This document shows, one piece after another, positions 12,901 to 26,740 of a stretch of 64,000 bases of DNA; within the stretch, counting starts at the first letter, position 1; the number at the start of each line of letters is the position of its first letter. The notes under the pieces were generated by a model, which saw nothing but the letters and a program-made list of their open reading frames with translations, was not told the origin of the DNA and ran no database searches. This DNA is from Octopus sinensis (lineage: Eukaryota), in NCBI RefSeq assembly GCF_006345805.1, contig NC_043009.1, forward strand, positions 17,918,001 through 17,982,000, in the 5' to 3' direction. Made by a program: the position numbers and the translations under genes.

Positions 12901-13868
12901 CCTTATCTGCTGGCCTACAAAATACCCTATCTCCCCACCCACACTACTTGACAACTAGTGTTGGTTTATTTACATCCCCTTAACTTAGCAGTTCAGTAAA
13001 AAGACACCAGTAATGAGTAACTAACATTAAAAATAAGTACTGAGATTGATTTGTTTGACAAAACCTGTCGAGGTGGTGCTCCAGCATGGCTGCAGTCCAA
13101 ACAAGTAAAAGATTAAAATAATTAAAAACCAAGAAGAGCAAGTCAGAGGGAGGCCTGTATGCAGCAAAACAGCCCTCTAATCCTGCTAATCATACTCTAT
13201 TTATTCTTTTATAAATGAACATGTTAGATGAGGTGGTCATGGTTGGAACATTCTAGATCATAGCAGGCTGACCAGGAGCTGAGCAATAACAACTCTATCA
13301 ATTACTTAGTGATTATTGTATCAAGGTGTTTCCATACTTGGCATCTTAATGAGACCTGAACAGCTGAAACCCACATCTCCCCAGTTCCGGCGCAGTTGCT
13401 AATTTGTGCAGCCAGAATTGTTGGTATCAAAGATGAACCACACACAGGCACCGTACGAAGTATTTAGTGAGAGCTTAGAACTAAGTGAAGAGTCTTACTT
13501 GAACTAGAATGGTGTGCATCACTCATAGCAGAACAGCTTTGAGTAAAACATGATGAACAGTTGAAATGAAAGATGTCATTCACTTAGCTCAATACTTCAT
13601 CTGGTATTTTGTGTGAAAGTTGTCAGCCTGTCACACTTACTTCAAGATCTATTTTATACACTTGACCCATCACCTCCACACTTTAACCTTTCTCACTTGT
13701 CTCGCTTCTCCTTCCCCCTCTTCCTCCCTCCTTTCTTTCTTTCTCTCTCCCTCCCCAGGCTCTCATATACACATTAAATATTATATCATCTATAATATTC
13801 ACTCCCTCATTTAACTTCTCTCCCTTTCTCTCCCTTTCTCTCTCTGTTTCTGTCTCTCTCTGTCTCTC

Positions 13869-13930
<62 letters not shown>

Positions 13931-14214
13931 CTATCAATCCCTCCATATACCACTTTCTAATTGGCTTACCTTCACTATCTTCTTAAACCAGAGCATTTGT
14001 ATGCGTGAGTGTATACAAGAGCAAGTGTGCATATGCATGTGTATGTGTGTGTAGGTGTATAAATGTAAAAGGATATACAGTTTTATATTTCTTTCCTTGA
14101 ACACCTATCCAACCTACATACCTATCAAAGGTTTTTTTTAACTAATATTGTTGTTGTTGGCAGTGATGGTGATGATGATGATGGATGATAAAAAAATTAG
14201 AGATGAATGGTTGC

Positions 14215-14245
<31 letters not shown>

Positions 14246-14989
14246 GGTGGTGGTGGTGGTGATGGTGAGGCTGGTAATGTTGAAGAGGATGAAGATGATG
14301 GCAATAATAATGATGAGAAGATATCATTGGTGATAATGATGGTTATAATGATGACTAACACAGTAATTATCATTTTTAATTAATTTGCTCGTTTATCTTC
14401 CCTTCATAATTTTGCATTTTTGATTATTTTTATTCAGTGTATTCTTTGGTTGTTGTTATTGGTGGTGGTGGTGGTGGTGGCGGCGGCGGCGGTGGTGGCA
14501 TCGGTGATGGTGTCAGTGGTGGTGTTGGTGGTGGTGTCGGTGGTGGTGGTTCTGTTTTGGGAGTTTGCTGTGATTATGTTGTTATTATTGTTGATTAGCT
14601 CTGGGTCAGCTTTGATTGAGCAGATTTATGATAAAAATTGTTCCAGTCATAATCACCCCCCCCCCCCACCTTATCTATCTACAGTCATATTATCCAATGC
14701 TTCCTTCATTTTTTAAGATGATAGAGTGTGATAGGAAAAGATTTGGCAGCTATCTCTAACAGGTAAAGCAACAAAGATTCCTTGTTCTTGTTTAAGCTGG
14801 TTGATCAAACCAATGGTAAAGGCATTCCAGCCATAACCATCACTGCTGTTATTTAAACATAGTGTACCACAAACAACATTATCTAATGTGTCCTTTTAAA
14901 ATGGGAATGTAATTTGAGGGAGATTTGGCTGCTGTTTCTTGCCAACTGAGGAACCCACGTGGTAAGCCCCAAATTTGGATTGTCTTATT

Positions 14990-16620
14990 GTTTGTTGTTG
15001 TTATTGATTCTACCCAGATTATCTCTGACTGAACAGATCTATGGCACCCATGCAACCAATCAAATGATGAAGCATCACCGACCAAGTCCACCTAGTCTGA
15101 TGTCCATATTGCATACTCAGATATGAGGAGGGGATTTTACAGAATATAGTGGTGTGTATAGCCACAGATTTTGGTTATGGAGTAGAAGCAGGCAAGATGG
15201 ACTCAGAATGCAATAGTTGCTGTTCATCTGCACAAACACAGTGCTTGTGACCAGCAAGGCTTTTGATGCTGCAGGTATGTTTGTCTGGTATGAATACGAT
15301 TGTTCTTAGAAGGTTGTTGTAGCATACCCTAAGTAATATATAAGTGTCTGGGTGTTTGAAAACGGTTTAGGGGGTGTAGTAACCAGGACTAAGGAAGCTT
15401 GAAACATCATTGGAACAACAATCTGTGCTGCCCCTTACATCTTGGTGGTCTTTCATTTTTAATATCTTTGTTGTGCAGGTGGTCTGCAGTTGTGATCTGA
15501 GCACACACTGTGATGATGCCTTGTTTGCAGCTTTTAGAGTTCATTGTGGAAAGATTGACATCCCAGATAGATCTATTATTGATCTATGATTGATCTAATG
15601 CATTACATGTGTGCCATGCCATTGTTACTTCTTCCTCTTGACCAAATGTAGTACTGTGGTTGTTTTAAGTATTTTTGTGCATCCTTTTACTTTCTATATT
15701 TTGTCTTTTATTTATGCTGAGAAGTTGTGCAGGAACTGCATGTAGTTCTAAACATTTTTTTATCCTCCATATGTGCACGATATATTCATGTTGCCTGAGT
15801 GTGTTGGTTGGCTGTATTTGATGCTCTCTAGTGTTGCTGATAAGAAAGGAGACTAAATATAGTAGGTGTTCCTTTAAGTTTGTTGTTTTGCAGTCAAGTG
15901 TCTATATGGTTCATGTCGGCTTGGAGTAGCTGCACAACAGTATGGGAGATTGCAGGTGTGATGTCATCTGCATATGAAATTATGCACATGTTTAGTGGAG
16001 GTGTGAGATAGTTGAGTAGATATAGGATGAAAAGAGTTGCTTAAAGAAAGGATCCTTATGGGACCCCATTAAGGAAATTATAGGTTTTGAAAGCTATTAA
16101 CAGGTAGATTGCCAGCCAGGAGTTACTGTTGCTTTTAAAATGGTTTTGAGTATTTTTTGGTTAAGTTGAGAGCTGGGGATTATATCAAAATCTTTTCTGA
16201 TGCTGATGATTGTTAGAATGGTATGTGTGGAGATTTGGGGATGTTGAGGTCAGCATGTATTTTCTATGGTTGATTTATGAGTAGCGTCTACATCTGAGTT
16301 GCAGTCAAAGTTGGAGATATGTAGGTTATCAATGCCCAGCATTAACCTTTCAATAGTTTTTAAGCATGAGTACAGAAGGGCAGTCAGTATCTGTGATCTT
16401 ATTTCATTTGGGATTTTTGTTGGGATTTAAAATCACTATAACATTTCTGACCTCCCAGATTTTGGGAATTTGACCCTGTTGGTATGGTGTAATTGCTATC
16501 GATGAGTGCAGTTCTTCCATCAGGCTGAAGCTGTTTTAAATGTAGGTCTGTGATTTGTTTGGTCCTGAGAATATTGTTTTTTGATTCCCCAATTGTTTCA
16601 GGAAAGCAAAGGGTCAAAGT
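14990..16620 (-). pseudogene. I-group (Ingi/Vingi/Nimb-like) LINE RT relic
   Basis: NGVP*GSFL*ATLFIL, ISYADDI (about 15960-15985), TTFGQEEEV (cf. WGxxKETL), VQMNSNYC (cf. AQLRSGxC). Confidence 0.75.
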
Positions 16621-17666
16621 CATGATCTACATAGAAAGTGCATTTTTTTTTGCTTTGTGCTTTTGTGTTTTTGTGAGGCTTTTGGTGGTTAATTTTCAAG
16701 AAATCTCTCATAAATGTTTTTTTTTAATCAGGTCACAGTATGGATATGTTATTTAAGCTTGTTATTGTGATATTGGTGGAGGAGGAGATGCAACTATTGT
16801 TATTGCTGTTAATATTGTCATTAATTTCTTCAGATGCCACTTTGCTGGTCGTTTCGTGGTTTATGTGAGATACAGTGCTTTCTATTTTCTATTTCTTTAC
16901 AATTTGTTTATTTGTTTATTGTGGTGGTTAATGCAATGTGTGGGCTGGCGGAGCATCAGAAAAATTGCTCTGTGGCATTTGTTCCTGCTCTTTATGTTCT
17001 GAGTTCAGATCCCATGAAAATCAAATTTGCCTTTCATCTTTTCAAAAATTGATAAAATAAAGTACCAATCAATAGTTGGCAGTCGATGCAATTAATTAAC
17101 CCTTCTTCTCTTAAAAGTTGCTGGCATTGTGGTGGTGGTGGTGGTGGTGGTGATGATCTTATTTGGTTCTTTCATTCATGCAAATGATATACTGAGTGGA
17201 AAAATTTTCAGTCAAGTGAGCTTAACCAAATGATTAGCAGAAGAAAACTCCTACAAGACATATTTAAAACCTAAAACCAACATAATCAACTTGTGTACAC
17301 AACTTAGTTGTGTTAGACCTTTTCCACAATGGTCTATTCTATTCAGCTGACAACATACTGTGGTCTATTTACCTCTCTGTCTATTTGTCAACTTCTCTTT
17401 CTCTCTCTCTTTCTGTATGTTGTGTGTGTGTGTGTGCGTGTGTGTATGTATGATTATGCACATGCATGCATATATACATAAGAATGTCTGTCCTGGTGCC
17501 ATATAAAAAGCACCCAGTACAGTTTGTAATGTGGCTGATGTTAGGAAGGGGATCCAGCAATAAAAACCAAACAGACAACTGGTTTCTTGCCAGCCCCTGA
17601 CAAACAATCCAATCCATGCCAGCATGGAAAATGAACGCTAAAGGATGATGAGAAGGATAATGATAT

Positions 17667-17748
<82 letters not shown>

Positions 17749-17998
17749 ATATATTATATATATAAGGTACAATATATATATATATATATATAATATATAT
17801 ATATATAATAGAATATTAAAATTACTGACCTCCTCTTCTTCGAAGGTTATAATGGATACAGATCATGTATCAATAGCTATCTTAAGGCGGTGGCCTCATG
17901 GAGCTGACCAGCGGCAGCGATTATTCTTATATCTATAAGAATGCCATATTAATATGGCGATAACAATTAATATATATTAAATATATAGATATATAAGG

Positions 17999-18078
<80 letters not shown>

Positions 18079-18085
18079 CATATAC

Positions 18086-18147
<62 letters not shown>

Positions 18148-18292
18148 GTATATATATATATAAATGTGTATATATATATATATATATACATATATATATA
18201 CATATATATATATACATATATATATACATATAATATATATATATATGTAGGTAATATATATATTATATATATATATATAGATATATATATAT

Positions 18293-18325
<33 letters not shown>

Positions 18326-18572
18326 CTAAATAAGGGTGTTGTGTGTGTGTGGAGCACCGCATTTTTAGTCGAACAAATCAACAGGACTTATTCTTTGAGA
18401 CTAGTACTTATTCTATCAATCTCTTTTGCCAAACAGCTAAGTTACAGGGACTTAACACACCAACATTGGTTGTCAAGCAATAGTGAGGGTACAAACACAG
18501 ACACACAAACACACACACGTACATATATATATAATATATATATATATATATTATAATATATATATATATATA

Positions 18573-19067
18573 TAAATAACTGAAGCATGTAAAAGAATAA
18601 AAGAAAGCAGATGTGGACTTGCTGACCCCTCATCAGTTACTGACCAAGAATCATTACGAAATTGCCCTGTTCTGTTGTCGCTAAGATTGTTGATTGATTC
18701 TGGTAGCATCAACAGCAAAAAGTGGGCGAGATAAGTGAGCAAACATAAACAAATGATAAACAACAACAGAATTGGAAGATAAGGGAAAATAACACAGGTG
18801 GTTGGTACATATATGAATAAATGTTCACATTTAAAGGCCTTTTGGCTATAAGACAGCATTGAGAGAAGAAATATGGAGAAGTAATGCTAATGGAAAAAGT
18901 TGTCCTACAGGACTTAAAAAGCGAAGTAGAGAGATAGAAAGAAAGGAGGAAAGATGGAAGAGAGTGAGCAAAAAACAAGATCAACCTGAGGGGGAAAATA
19001 ACTGATGAGGGGGTCAACAGGTCCACATCTTGTATTCTCTTATTCTTTCACATGCTTCAGTCATTTA
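18573..19067. repeat. Inverted repeat pair (about 67-bp arms, 18573-18639 and 18999-19067) within (TA)n flanks
   Basis: TAACTGATGAGGGG...GTCCACATC...CATGCTTCAGT present in both orientations. Confidence 0.8.
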
Positions 19068-19139
19068 TATATATATATATAACTTACTTACAGGATCTGG
19101 CAAACATATGCATCTAAATATCAACAATGGAGTTGTAAG

Positions 19140-20110
19140 CCACAATGAAAAGCACCAAATACTGCCAAATTGTGATAGTTGAAATGTTTATGATATAGCT
19201 AACATGGTAACAATGACAGAAAATGAAGTTAGAACTGCCATATATACAAACAAGTAAGATAAATGCTCATGCAGAGAAAAATCAAAATGCCCATTCATGA
19301 ACTGCTGTATGAGTACACATCTTCTATATAAATGTACTGCACACACAAAGGGAAGGCCATATGTTTACATTGGGCAGACAGCTGATTTATTTAAGAATCG
19401 TTTTTGCAACTATGTTGCCAGCTTCAAGAGAATCAATAAAAGACATTCAGTGCCTTCAGCCAATTTTGTGTGGTGACTGAAAGAAAATAAAATTAAGTAC
19501 AACATAACTTAATCCGTAATAAGGCACACAAAACCATACAATATGATCTCCAGGAGATGCCAATTCTGCTCTGAGGAATCCCTGTCTATTCTGTGGATCA
19601 ATGAGAAGATCATTATTAGAATTTCTGAAAGACTCTCAAGATGCTTTCATGCACATAAATGTACTTTTGCACAATGCAGTGAGAATGAATTCGCGTAATT
19701 GTTAACATAATTTACTTTAAGGTATGGATGAATTAAGTTTAGCTTTAACCTCCTTATTCTTATAAACATGAAGTATCTATTTAACTTGCTATGTGAATAT
19801 GAGTGCACCAAACCACATGTGTGCGTATGCTTACATCTTTTTGGGTGCTTGTATGAGAATGCAGCTTGCGCGAGGGCGTTTATACATCCATATCTATTAA
19901 TAGTTATTTTTAATACTATTCTCGCTGTCTTGCATGTTCATTTCTTTTTTGCATCTGTTATTTATTTTTGATTTTTCTTTGTGTGTGTGTGTGTGTGCTA
20001 TTTTTATCTTTCTTTGTGTGTTGCTCACAAATATTTGTGTATTTATAAGTATAATATGTACACATGTGTGTATTTATATTTATAAAGTTGGACGTGCATG
20101 AGCATTCTTA
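19140..20110 (+). pseudogene. Penelope-like element: GIY-YIG endonuclease and 3' region
   Basis: Single frame LLYKCTAH...VYIGQTADLFKNRFCNYVASF...FVW*LKEN...RRCQFCSEE with two stops. Confidence 0.85.
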
Positions 20111-20509
20111 CATGAAATAATTAAGGAATTGATCTATGGTGAATGCAGTTCACAATAAAGATACCAGGGCCAATGACAGGTAGACAATCATGATTTTCCA
20201 ATAAGTAACCTCGTATGATCTGTAATTTTATTTGTTTATCCCAAAATCCCATACAGTCTTGTGTAGCTTTGTATATTTTCATCCAAGATGGAGACAAATA
20301 TTTACATTCCCATGTGGCAGGCTTGATAAATTAAGAGATTTCTTTCTACATGAAACCATTGGTAGCTTTGTTAACCCCAAAATAAAATATATTTATCCAC
20401 CAATGTGGTATTGAGCACTCACTCACACTGTTATATGTTAGCATATCTATGTATGTATCTATCAATCTGATTGTCTGTCTGTCTGTCTGTTTATCTGTTT
20501 ATCTTTTTA

Positions 20510-20544
<35 letters not shown>

Positions 20545-21282
20545 ATATATATATATATATCTGAGAGAGAGACAGACAGACAGAGATTGAATGTCGTGTC
20601 ACTGGGCATGGTTATCCACAATATGACAGAGGGAAGTACCTCAGGGCAGCATTCTGCATACTAAATTCAAACACAGTAGGGTCTCACAACTGTGAAAGCA
20701 GAGTGTAGTAACTGGAGTTAAACAACAGCAACAACAGTCAGGCATATCTCAGATACTATTATCAACTTTCCATGCCATTTCACCTCTTCTGCTGAGAGTT
20801 GCGGCATACCTATCCTCTTACTGACTGAAAAAAAGTATTGTTCTTCAGAAATGGTTCTCGATAAATTTCCAGGAAACAATGGAAAAGAAGAGAAAATATT
20901 ATCTCAGATTAATCTGCTGATTGTGGGAAATTTATGGTGAAATGTAATCAATTGAGTTTTAAATAATTTATTGAACAATGATATGTGTGTGAGTATATGT
21001 GTGTGTGTGTGTTTGTGTGTGAGATTGAGTGTTTGAATGCGTGTGTGTGTGCATGGGAGTGACTGCATGTGTGTGTGTAATGTTATTAGATATACATATG
21101 AATATATATATGTATCTCTGTAGGTATCTATCTATTTATCTATTTATCTCTCTATCTGTGCATTCATGTATGTATATATATATATATATATAAATATATA
21201 TAAATAGATAGATAGACAGTTACAACAATATATATATATATGTATGTATGTACACACACAAATACATACATACATGCATACA

Positions 21283-21350
<68 letters not shown>

Positions 21351-21527
21351 GTATTTGTGTGTGTGTGTGTATTGTGTGTACATTTATGTATAAAACTAGG
21401 ACACAGCCTATATGTGTTTAAAAGAAAAATTGTTTCTCTTCAATATATGCATACATATACACACACACACACATGTATACATCTATCCATTTATCTGTCT
21501 ATCCATTTATCTAGCTATCTATATATT

Positions 21528-21578
<51 letters not shown>

Positions 21579-23768
21579 TTGGTGGTGGTCATCGTCGTTG
21601 TTGTCATCATCATCATGGTAAACAAAGAAACAGAGACAATGTGGTGTAGAGAGGAATCTTCAGTTGTATTGAGAATAAGAAAACTTCTATAATGCTAGTG
21701 CCTTAATAAGCTGAACCTGTTACATTCAGTATCCAGCTTTAGAGACTATGACAAAAGTGGAACCTCCAAGCAATATATGGTCTCCAACCCTACGAGAATG
21801 AAGGTAGCCCAACATCAAAATTGATTCAAACCATAGACACATATGGACAGGTAGAAGAATGGAAGTAGAATGCTGATAATAAGGATGAGGATGATGTAGA
21901 TAGAAATACACACACATGCATGCTTGTGCACATGTGCATGCATGCATGCACACACAGCACACACAGACACACACACACACACACAAATCATCAAAGAGAA
22001 TTTCATCTATTTTGAAAGTTCATTTTAGTCAGTCTTTGTAACAGTGGAAGGGACATCCTTGTGGTCCGCCTCTCGTGGTTAATGCACTGAAGAAAATTTG
22101 ATTAGGAATTTATCCTTTCTCTCTAAACACTTGTAATCAACATATGGTGAATCATTTTATGCTTTGGCAGCATAACTGGTTATGTTGTCCATCTGTTTGA
22201 TGTTTAAGATGGGTCAAGATTTTTATGGAAACACTGCAGGTGTTTAATGTCCCTACAATAAAATATTCATGTTTCACAACTGTATGATAATTTTGAAATG
22301 ATGGCAGCTTGATATGCCATCAGTTTCATTTTGGTGGGTATTTTTAGGGACCTGTTTTGCTGCTTTCCTAAATATTGCACAGGCTGATTCAATTCTGTGT
22401 TCTACATCCCTTTTGAAACTATATTTGTTGAAATAAATATTGTGCAAGTGTCAGTTGAGGAAGAACAAACCAATGTGCTGGGACGAGGCAGCAGAAAATC
22501 TGACTAAAATGTACAAACTCTCGTGACCTCAGCTCCAAAGTGTGGAGCCCCACAGGAAAAAATTTCTAATTTTGACAGTTTATGACATCCTGCTGAGCCC
22601 ACCGTTTGTTCCACTGGGAAAAGTGTTCCCCATGGCCCAAAGAGAGGAACCCTGGAACAGTTGTCCAAAAGTCCTGTAGAAGGAATGATTCAAATAATAT
22701 AAGAAGCTACAGTGATATGGAGGGCATAACCACACATAATATGATGGAATAGTGGGGGGATGTTCCTGTCAAGACTTTTATAAAATATGAGCAGAAAAGG
22801 CCAGCTCTAATGTTCTGGAAGATAGAAAAGAAACTGTGCACAGCATTTGAAATTGGTTGCTCAGTAGATGTCAACATAAAGTGAAGAAGACATCTAACTG
22901 CTGAGAAATCTATGACTAATATATCAGAATGTCCCTCTCCTAGAGGGGTCTCTAGGGTGATTGTACCTCCACATCTTGATATCAACCAAGGATATACCTG
23001 CATCCCTGCACTCACATGGATGGTCACCACATATGCTGACTAACCCATAGCTTGGACCCTGACAGGTGCTTCTACTCTGGATCAGAGTATACCTGGGAAC
23101 AATGCTGGCTGAGAGGTGGTTCCACATTTGTCAAAACCCTGGAACTCCTGAGCCAGAGTTCACCTATCAGAATAAGTGAGGAAATCAAGTTATATATATG
23201 TGTGTGTGCGTGTGTGTTTGTGTGTTGTGTGGGTGTGTATGTATGTGTGTGTGATATTCATACACACACATATACAATATGTATATGTACCACCACTACA
23301 TAACAGAAGAGTCAATCAGACAGGTCTTTACCGGCCTCGGGCAGGTCAAGTTCTCATATCATACATGTGTCTCTGTATGTCTGTATACACACTCACATAC
23401 ACATGATATATATACAGATATGCATATAAGTAAATCTAATATATATATATCATATATATATTATATATATAATGCATATATATTATATATATATAATATA
23501 TATTATATATGGTTCTTTCATTTGAAAGATGGAAGATGGAAGATATGAAAGTATTTATTAATCACATGAATTGTTTTGACACATCTACCTTCGATCCCTC
23601 ATGGGTGGGATACTTAACAACTGGTTCAGGAGCATCCGGTGGTGCAGATGTGTTTCACTGGGTGATAAATAGATATAATTCATTAAAATAACAGTTCCGC
23701 AATGTATCTGCTCATTTCATGTAAGGACAAGCAGCAAAACAAAGAATATATCTTCATTTATACTGAAG

Positions 23769-23959
23769 ATCAAAAATAAAATAACAGATGCAAAAAAGAA
23801 ATGAACATGCAAGACAGCAAGAAAAGTATTAAAAATAAACTATTAATAGATATGGATGTATAAATGCCCTCGCACAAGCTGCATTCTCATACAAGCACCC
23901 ACAAAGATGTAAGCATACGCACACATGTGGTTTGGTGCACTCATATTCACATAGCAAGT
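23769..23959 (-). repeat. Inverted copy of the Penelope 3' region 19784-19972
   Basis: About 190 bp, only a handful of substitutions and indels by eye. Confidence 0.9.
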
Positions 23960-24224
23960 GAGATCTTTTCCTTTTGAACAGCAGTTTTCAACATAATTTC
24001 TAGTTAACTAAACACTTTTAAACTTCATATACTGGTAGAATGTGTCAAAATAAAAAATTTTTTTCTCTTGGCTTTCTTGAGAAAATTGTAATTTGTAAGT
24101 TTAATGTAGTTTAATTTTTCGAATTTTAACCAATCCTATGGCCTCTATTGAGCTAAAATCATTTGCTGCGTCTAAAACTGAGACAACATCCTGTCACTAA
24201 CCCTAACCCTAACCCTAACCCTAA
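23960..24224. mobile_element. Arm of a long-TIR foldback DNA element ending in (CCCTAA)4
   Basis: Shares ACTGGTAGAATGTGTCA...TTGAGAAAA...AACCAATC with 28293-28762; CCCTAA x4 at 24201-24224. Confidence 0.65.
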
Positions 24225-24261
24225 ATTTTAGCCTTTCGGTTTGTTTGTTTTTTCTTAATTG

Positions 24262-24771
24262 TACATAATGGAGTTTCCATGGCCGAAAATTCAATTCTTT
24301 TTGCAACACTGTATGTATTGTGTGTCTTGCCAGTCCACTTTCACGAGCTGCTTGACATGTTGATTTTTGCGGGCTGCGACTAAACATTTCCTGCACTTTT
24401 GCCATGTTCTCCACTGATCAGGATGTGGTTGCATGGACACTTATTGCATCGTTCACAGAGCCCGTGGTCATCAACTTTGCATGACAATTTTTCATTGTCT
24501 CCAGACGTAGTGTTGCATGGTTACCTTTCCATGCATGCCACCATCTCTGAACTAAAGCAATGGAATTCCATACTTCATAGCATGCTGCTATCTTAGCTCA
24601 CCCCTGAACAGTCAAGCGACCATCCAACTGCAAAATAAGAAATAAGACAATAAGAAAATTAAAAAATCCCTATTAGTGTTGTCTGTTTAGAAAATGTTTT
24701 CATCATGACTTCAGTGATACTAAAGATTCTATAAATTATTTCTAATGCCAAGTTACTTTCCAATCACCCTG
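24262..24771 (-). mobile_element. Tc1/mariner 5' end with HTH-coding segment
   Basis: TA|CAGGGTGATTGG terminus at 24771; TGSVND...ENMAKVQEMFSRSPQKSTCQAARESGL...NFRPWKLHYVQ. Confidence 0.8.
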
Positions 24772-24785
24772 TATACTACATATTT

Positions 24786-24825
<40 letters not shown>

Positions 24826-24929
24826 GATTAATTAAAAAATGAAGAAAAAGATAAAACACAACAACATGCAAAGTATTATGAGACACTCATTTATATATCT
24901 ATATAGCTATCTATCTATCTATCTATCTA

Positions 24930-24990
<61 letters not shown>

Positions 24991-25899
24991 CACACACATA
25001 CACTAGGAGGGTTTAAAGTGCTTTGGTGGTATCATTTTTTATCAAATAATTGAACTACCGAGAAGGTTTATGGCAATATATGTTTCTGATTAAACTAGGA
25101 ACAGAAAACCAAATTGAAAGCTGGTTATTGTGGAGGTTGTTGCACTTTAATGATCATAGAACATATAAGCTTGCAAGCGATGTAAAGTAGAGCTACTGAA
25201 GTGTTTTGGGAGTAGATCACGGATAATGACTACAAAATATAGTTGTTTAACATGAAAGTGGAATTTCTTGTCAGAATCAACCACATAAATGGTGTAACGA
25301 AATTGAAGGAAGACGTTGAAACTTCCCCTCTGCGAGTTTATTTTATTCAACAGCAAAGGGAGCTATTTTGGGGGAGAGAAGTATGATTGGTACGTTCAAA
25401 AATGGCAATATAATACCTACTTGAAAAAGCAGAGTTAAAGGAATGTATTTGCTATGTGCTTACAGTGTACGACCACTCTGGAATTGACTTCAGGTAACGA
25501 AAAATGAAGACATGAAGAGTTTGATTTCGGTTCACGAACACTGCTTTGAATCTTTTGCAATTCGCAGTGAAAAGATGCCGCGTTCATAATGAATGGGTAA
25601 ATAAGCATCCTTAAAGTGAAACAACGCATTGGTAGGTAAACAAAGGAATCAACAAATAGAAGAGAGAGAAGGGAACATCACCTTTCAAGTAACTCAGAAT
25701 AGGTAAAGGTAAGCTTGCTCAAGTTTAATGCAGTTTAAATATGGAGATTGTATAGTATTGGATATTCATCATGTACAGTGTTCCTAGACAATATACTCTA
25801 ACCAAGTAACAATGAACAATGACAACATATAAATAGATAATAAATCAAAAAATGTGAAAGCCACTAAAAAAATTCTCTAATGCCAATATATGAGTATAA

Positions 25900-26142
25900 A
25901 GATTTAACAAGTATGGAAGAACCTAAATACAAAAACCTATGTACATAGAACGAGTTAGAGAAAAACCTTATAAACCACCGTTTTTTCCAGTTTGTCCATT
26001 TGCATGGGAACTCTGGGTAAAATGCTATAGTGCATGACCATCTATGGGACATGTATGTGTAAAGTTTGGTGAAAATCGGTTGAGAATTGTGGAAATGTAT
26101 GTGTTAGTCAATCTACCACACTCACTGTGATTTATATATACT
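25900..26142 (-). mobile_element. Helitron-like subterminal fragment
   Basis: Shares AGTGCATGACCATC...AAGTTTGGTGAAAATCGGTTG...CTGTGATTTATA with 49780-50249. Confidence 0.55.
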
Positions 26143-26188
26143 ATATATATGTATATATATATATATATATAATATATACATATATATA

Positions 26189-26487
26189 CTAGCAGTATCG
26201 CCCGGTGTTGCTCGGGTTTGTAAGGGAAATAACTATATAAGCATTTTTAGAGAGTTACTTCCCTTATATGAACCGAGCAAGAAATGCATTAAAAATGCGG
26301 AAAAATTATGGTAATTTTTTTTTAAATCTTAGAATCATCGTAGACGCGCGCTAATACCCAGGAGGCTCGATAGGATCACGACTATAAGATACCCACTTTG
26401 GTTAACCTGCACCGCAAAATGTGGGAGTAGTTAGGAATCTAAATCGGAGTAGACAGACACACACCACTTCAGTTTTATATATAAAGA
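26189..26487 (-). mobile_element. Non-autonomous Helitron (299 bp)
   Basis: A|TC 5' end at 26487; CCCG..CGGG hairpin at 26201-26216; CTAG|T 3' end at 26189. Confidence 0.88.
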
Positions 26488-26545
26488 TATATATATTATA
26501 CATACATATATATAATATATATATGTATATATATATATATATATA

Positions 26546-26579
<34 letters not shown>

Positions 26580-26740
26580 CAAACTTTGATTAGAGGTTGT
26601 GTTAACCTATAAGGGATGGTGTATCCAAGGAAATACTGGTTCAATACCTAGTATTTGGGGGGAATTAATTTCCTTCAAGTAATAGGTACATATAAAAACA
26701 TATGGTTTATATTCATATAAAAGAAGAAACAGAAAATGAC

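Noticed and set aside
14142-14716. Poly-His/Gln/Thr ORFs from triplet tracts (also 3807-4001, 39081-39452, 62146-62412)
   Set aside because: No non-repetitive conserved sequence or convincing splice sites; such compound triplet tracts recur across the window.
22440-23160. Possible pogo/DDE_1 transposase remnant
   Set aside because: Only vague motif echoes (IVPP, HGW); too degraded to support a call.
24197-24224. Telomere or chromosome-fusion scar
   Set aside because: Only four CCCTAA units in one orientation, inside a repeat-family copy.
25470-25497. 28-nt micro-exon (TTACAG|...TTCAG|GTAACG; could read VYDHSGIDF)
   Set aside because: Splice-like signals are common by chance and no partner exons were identified.
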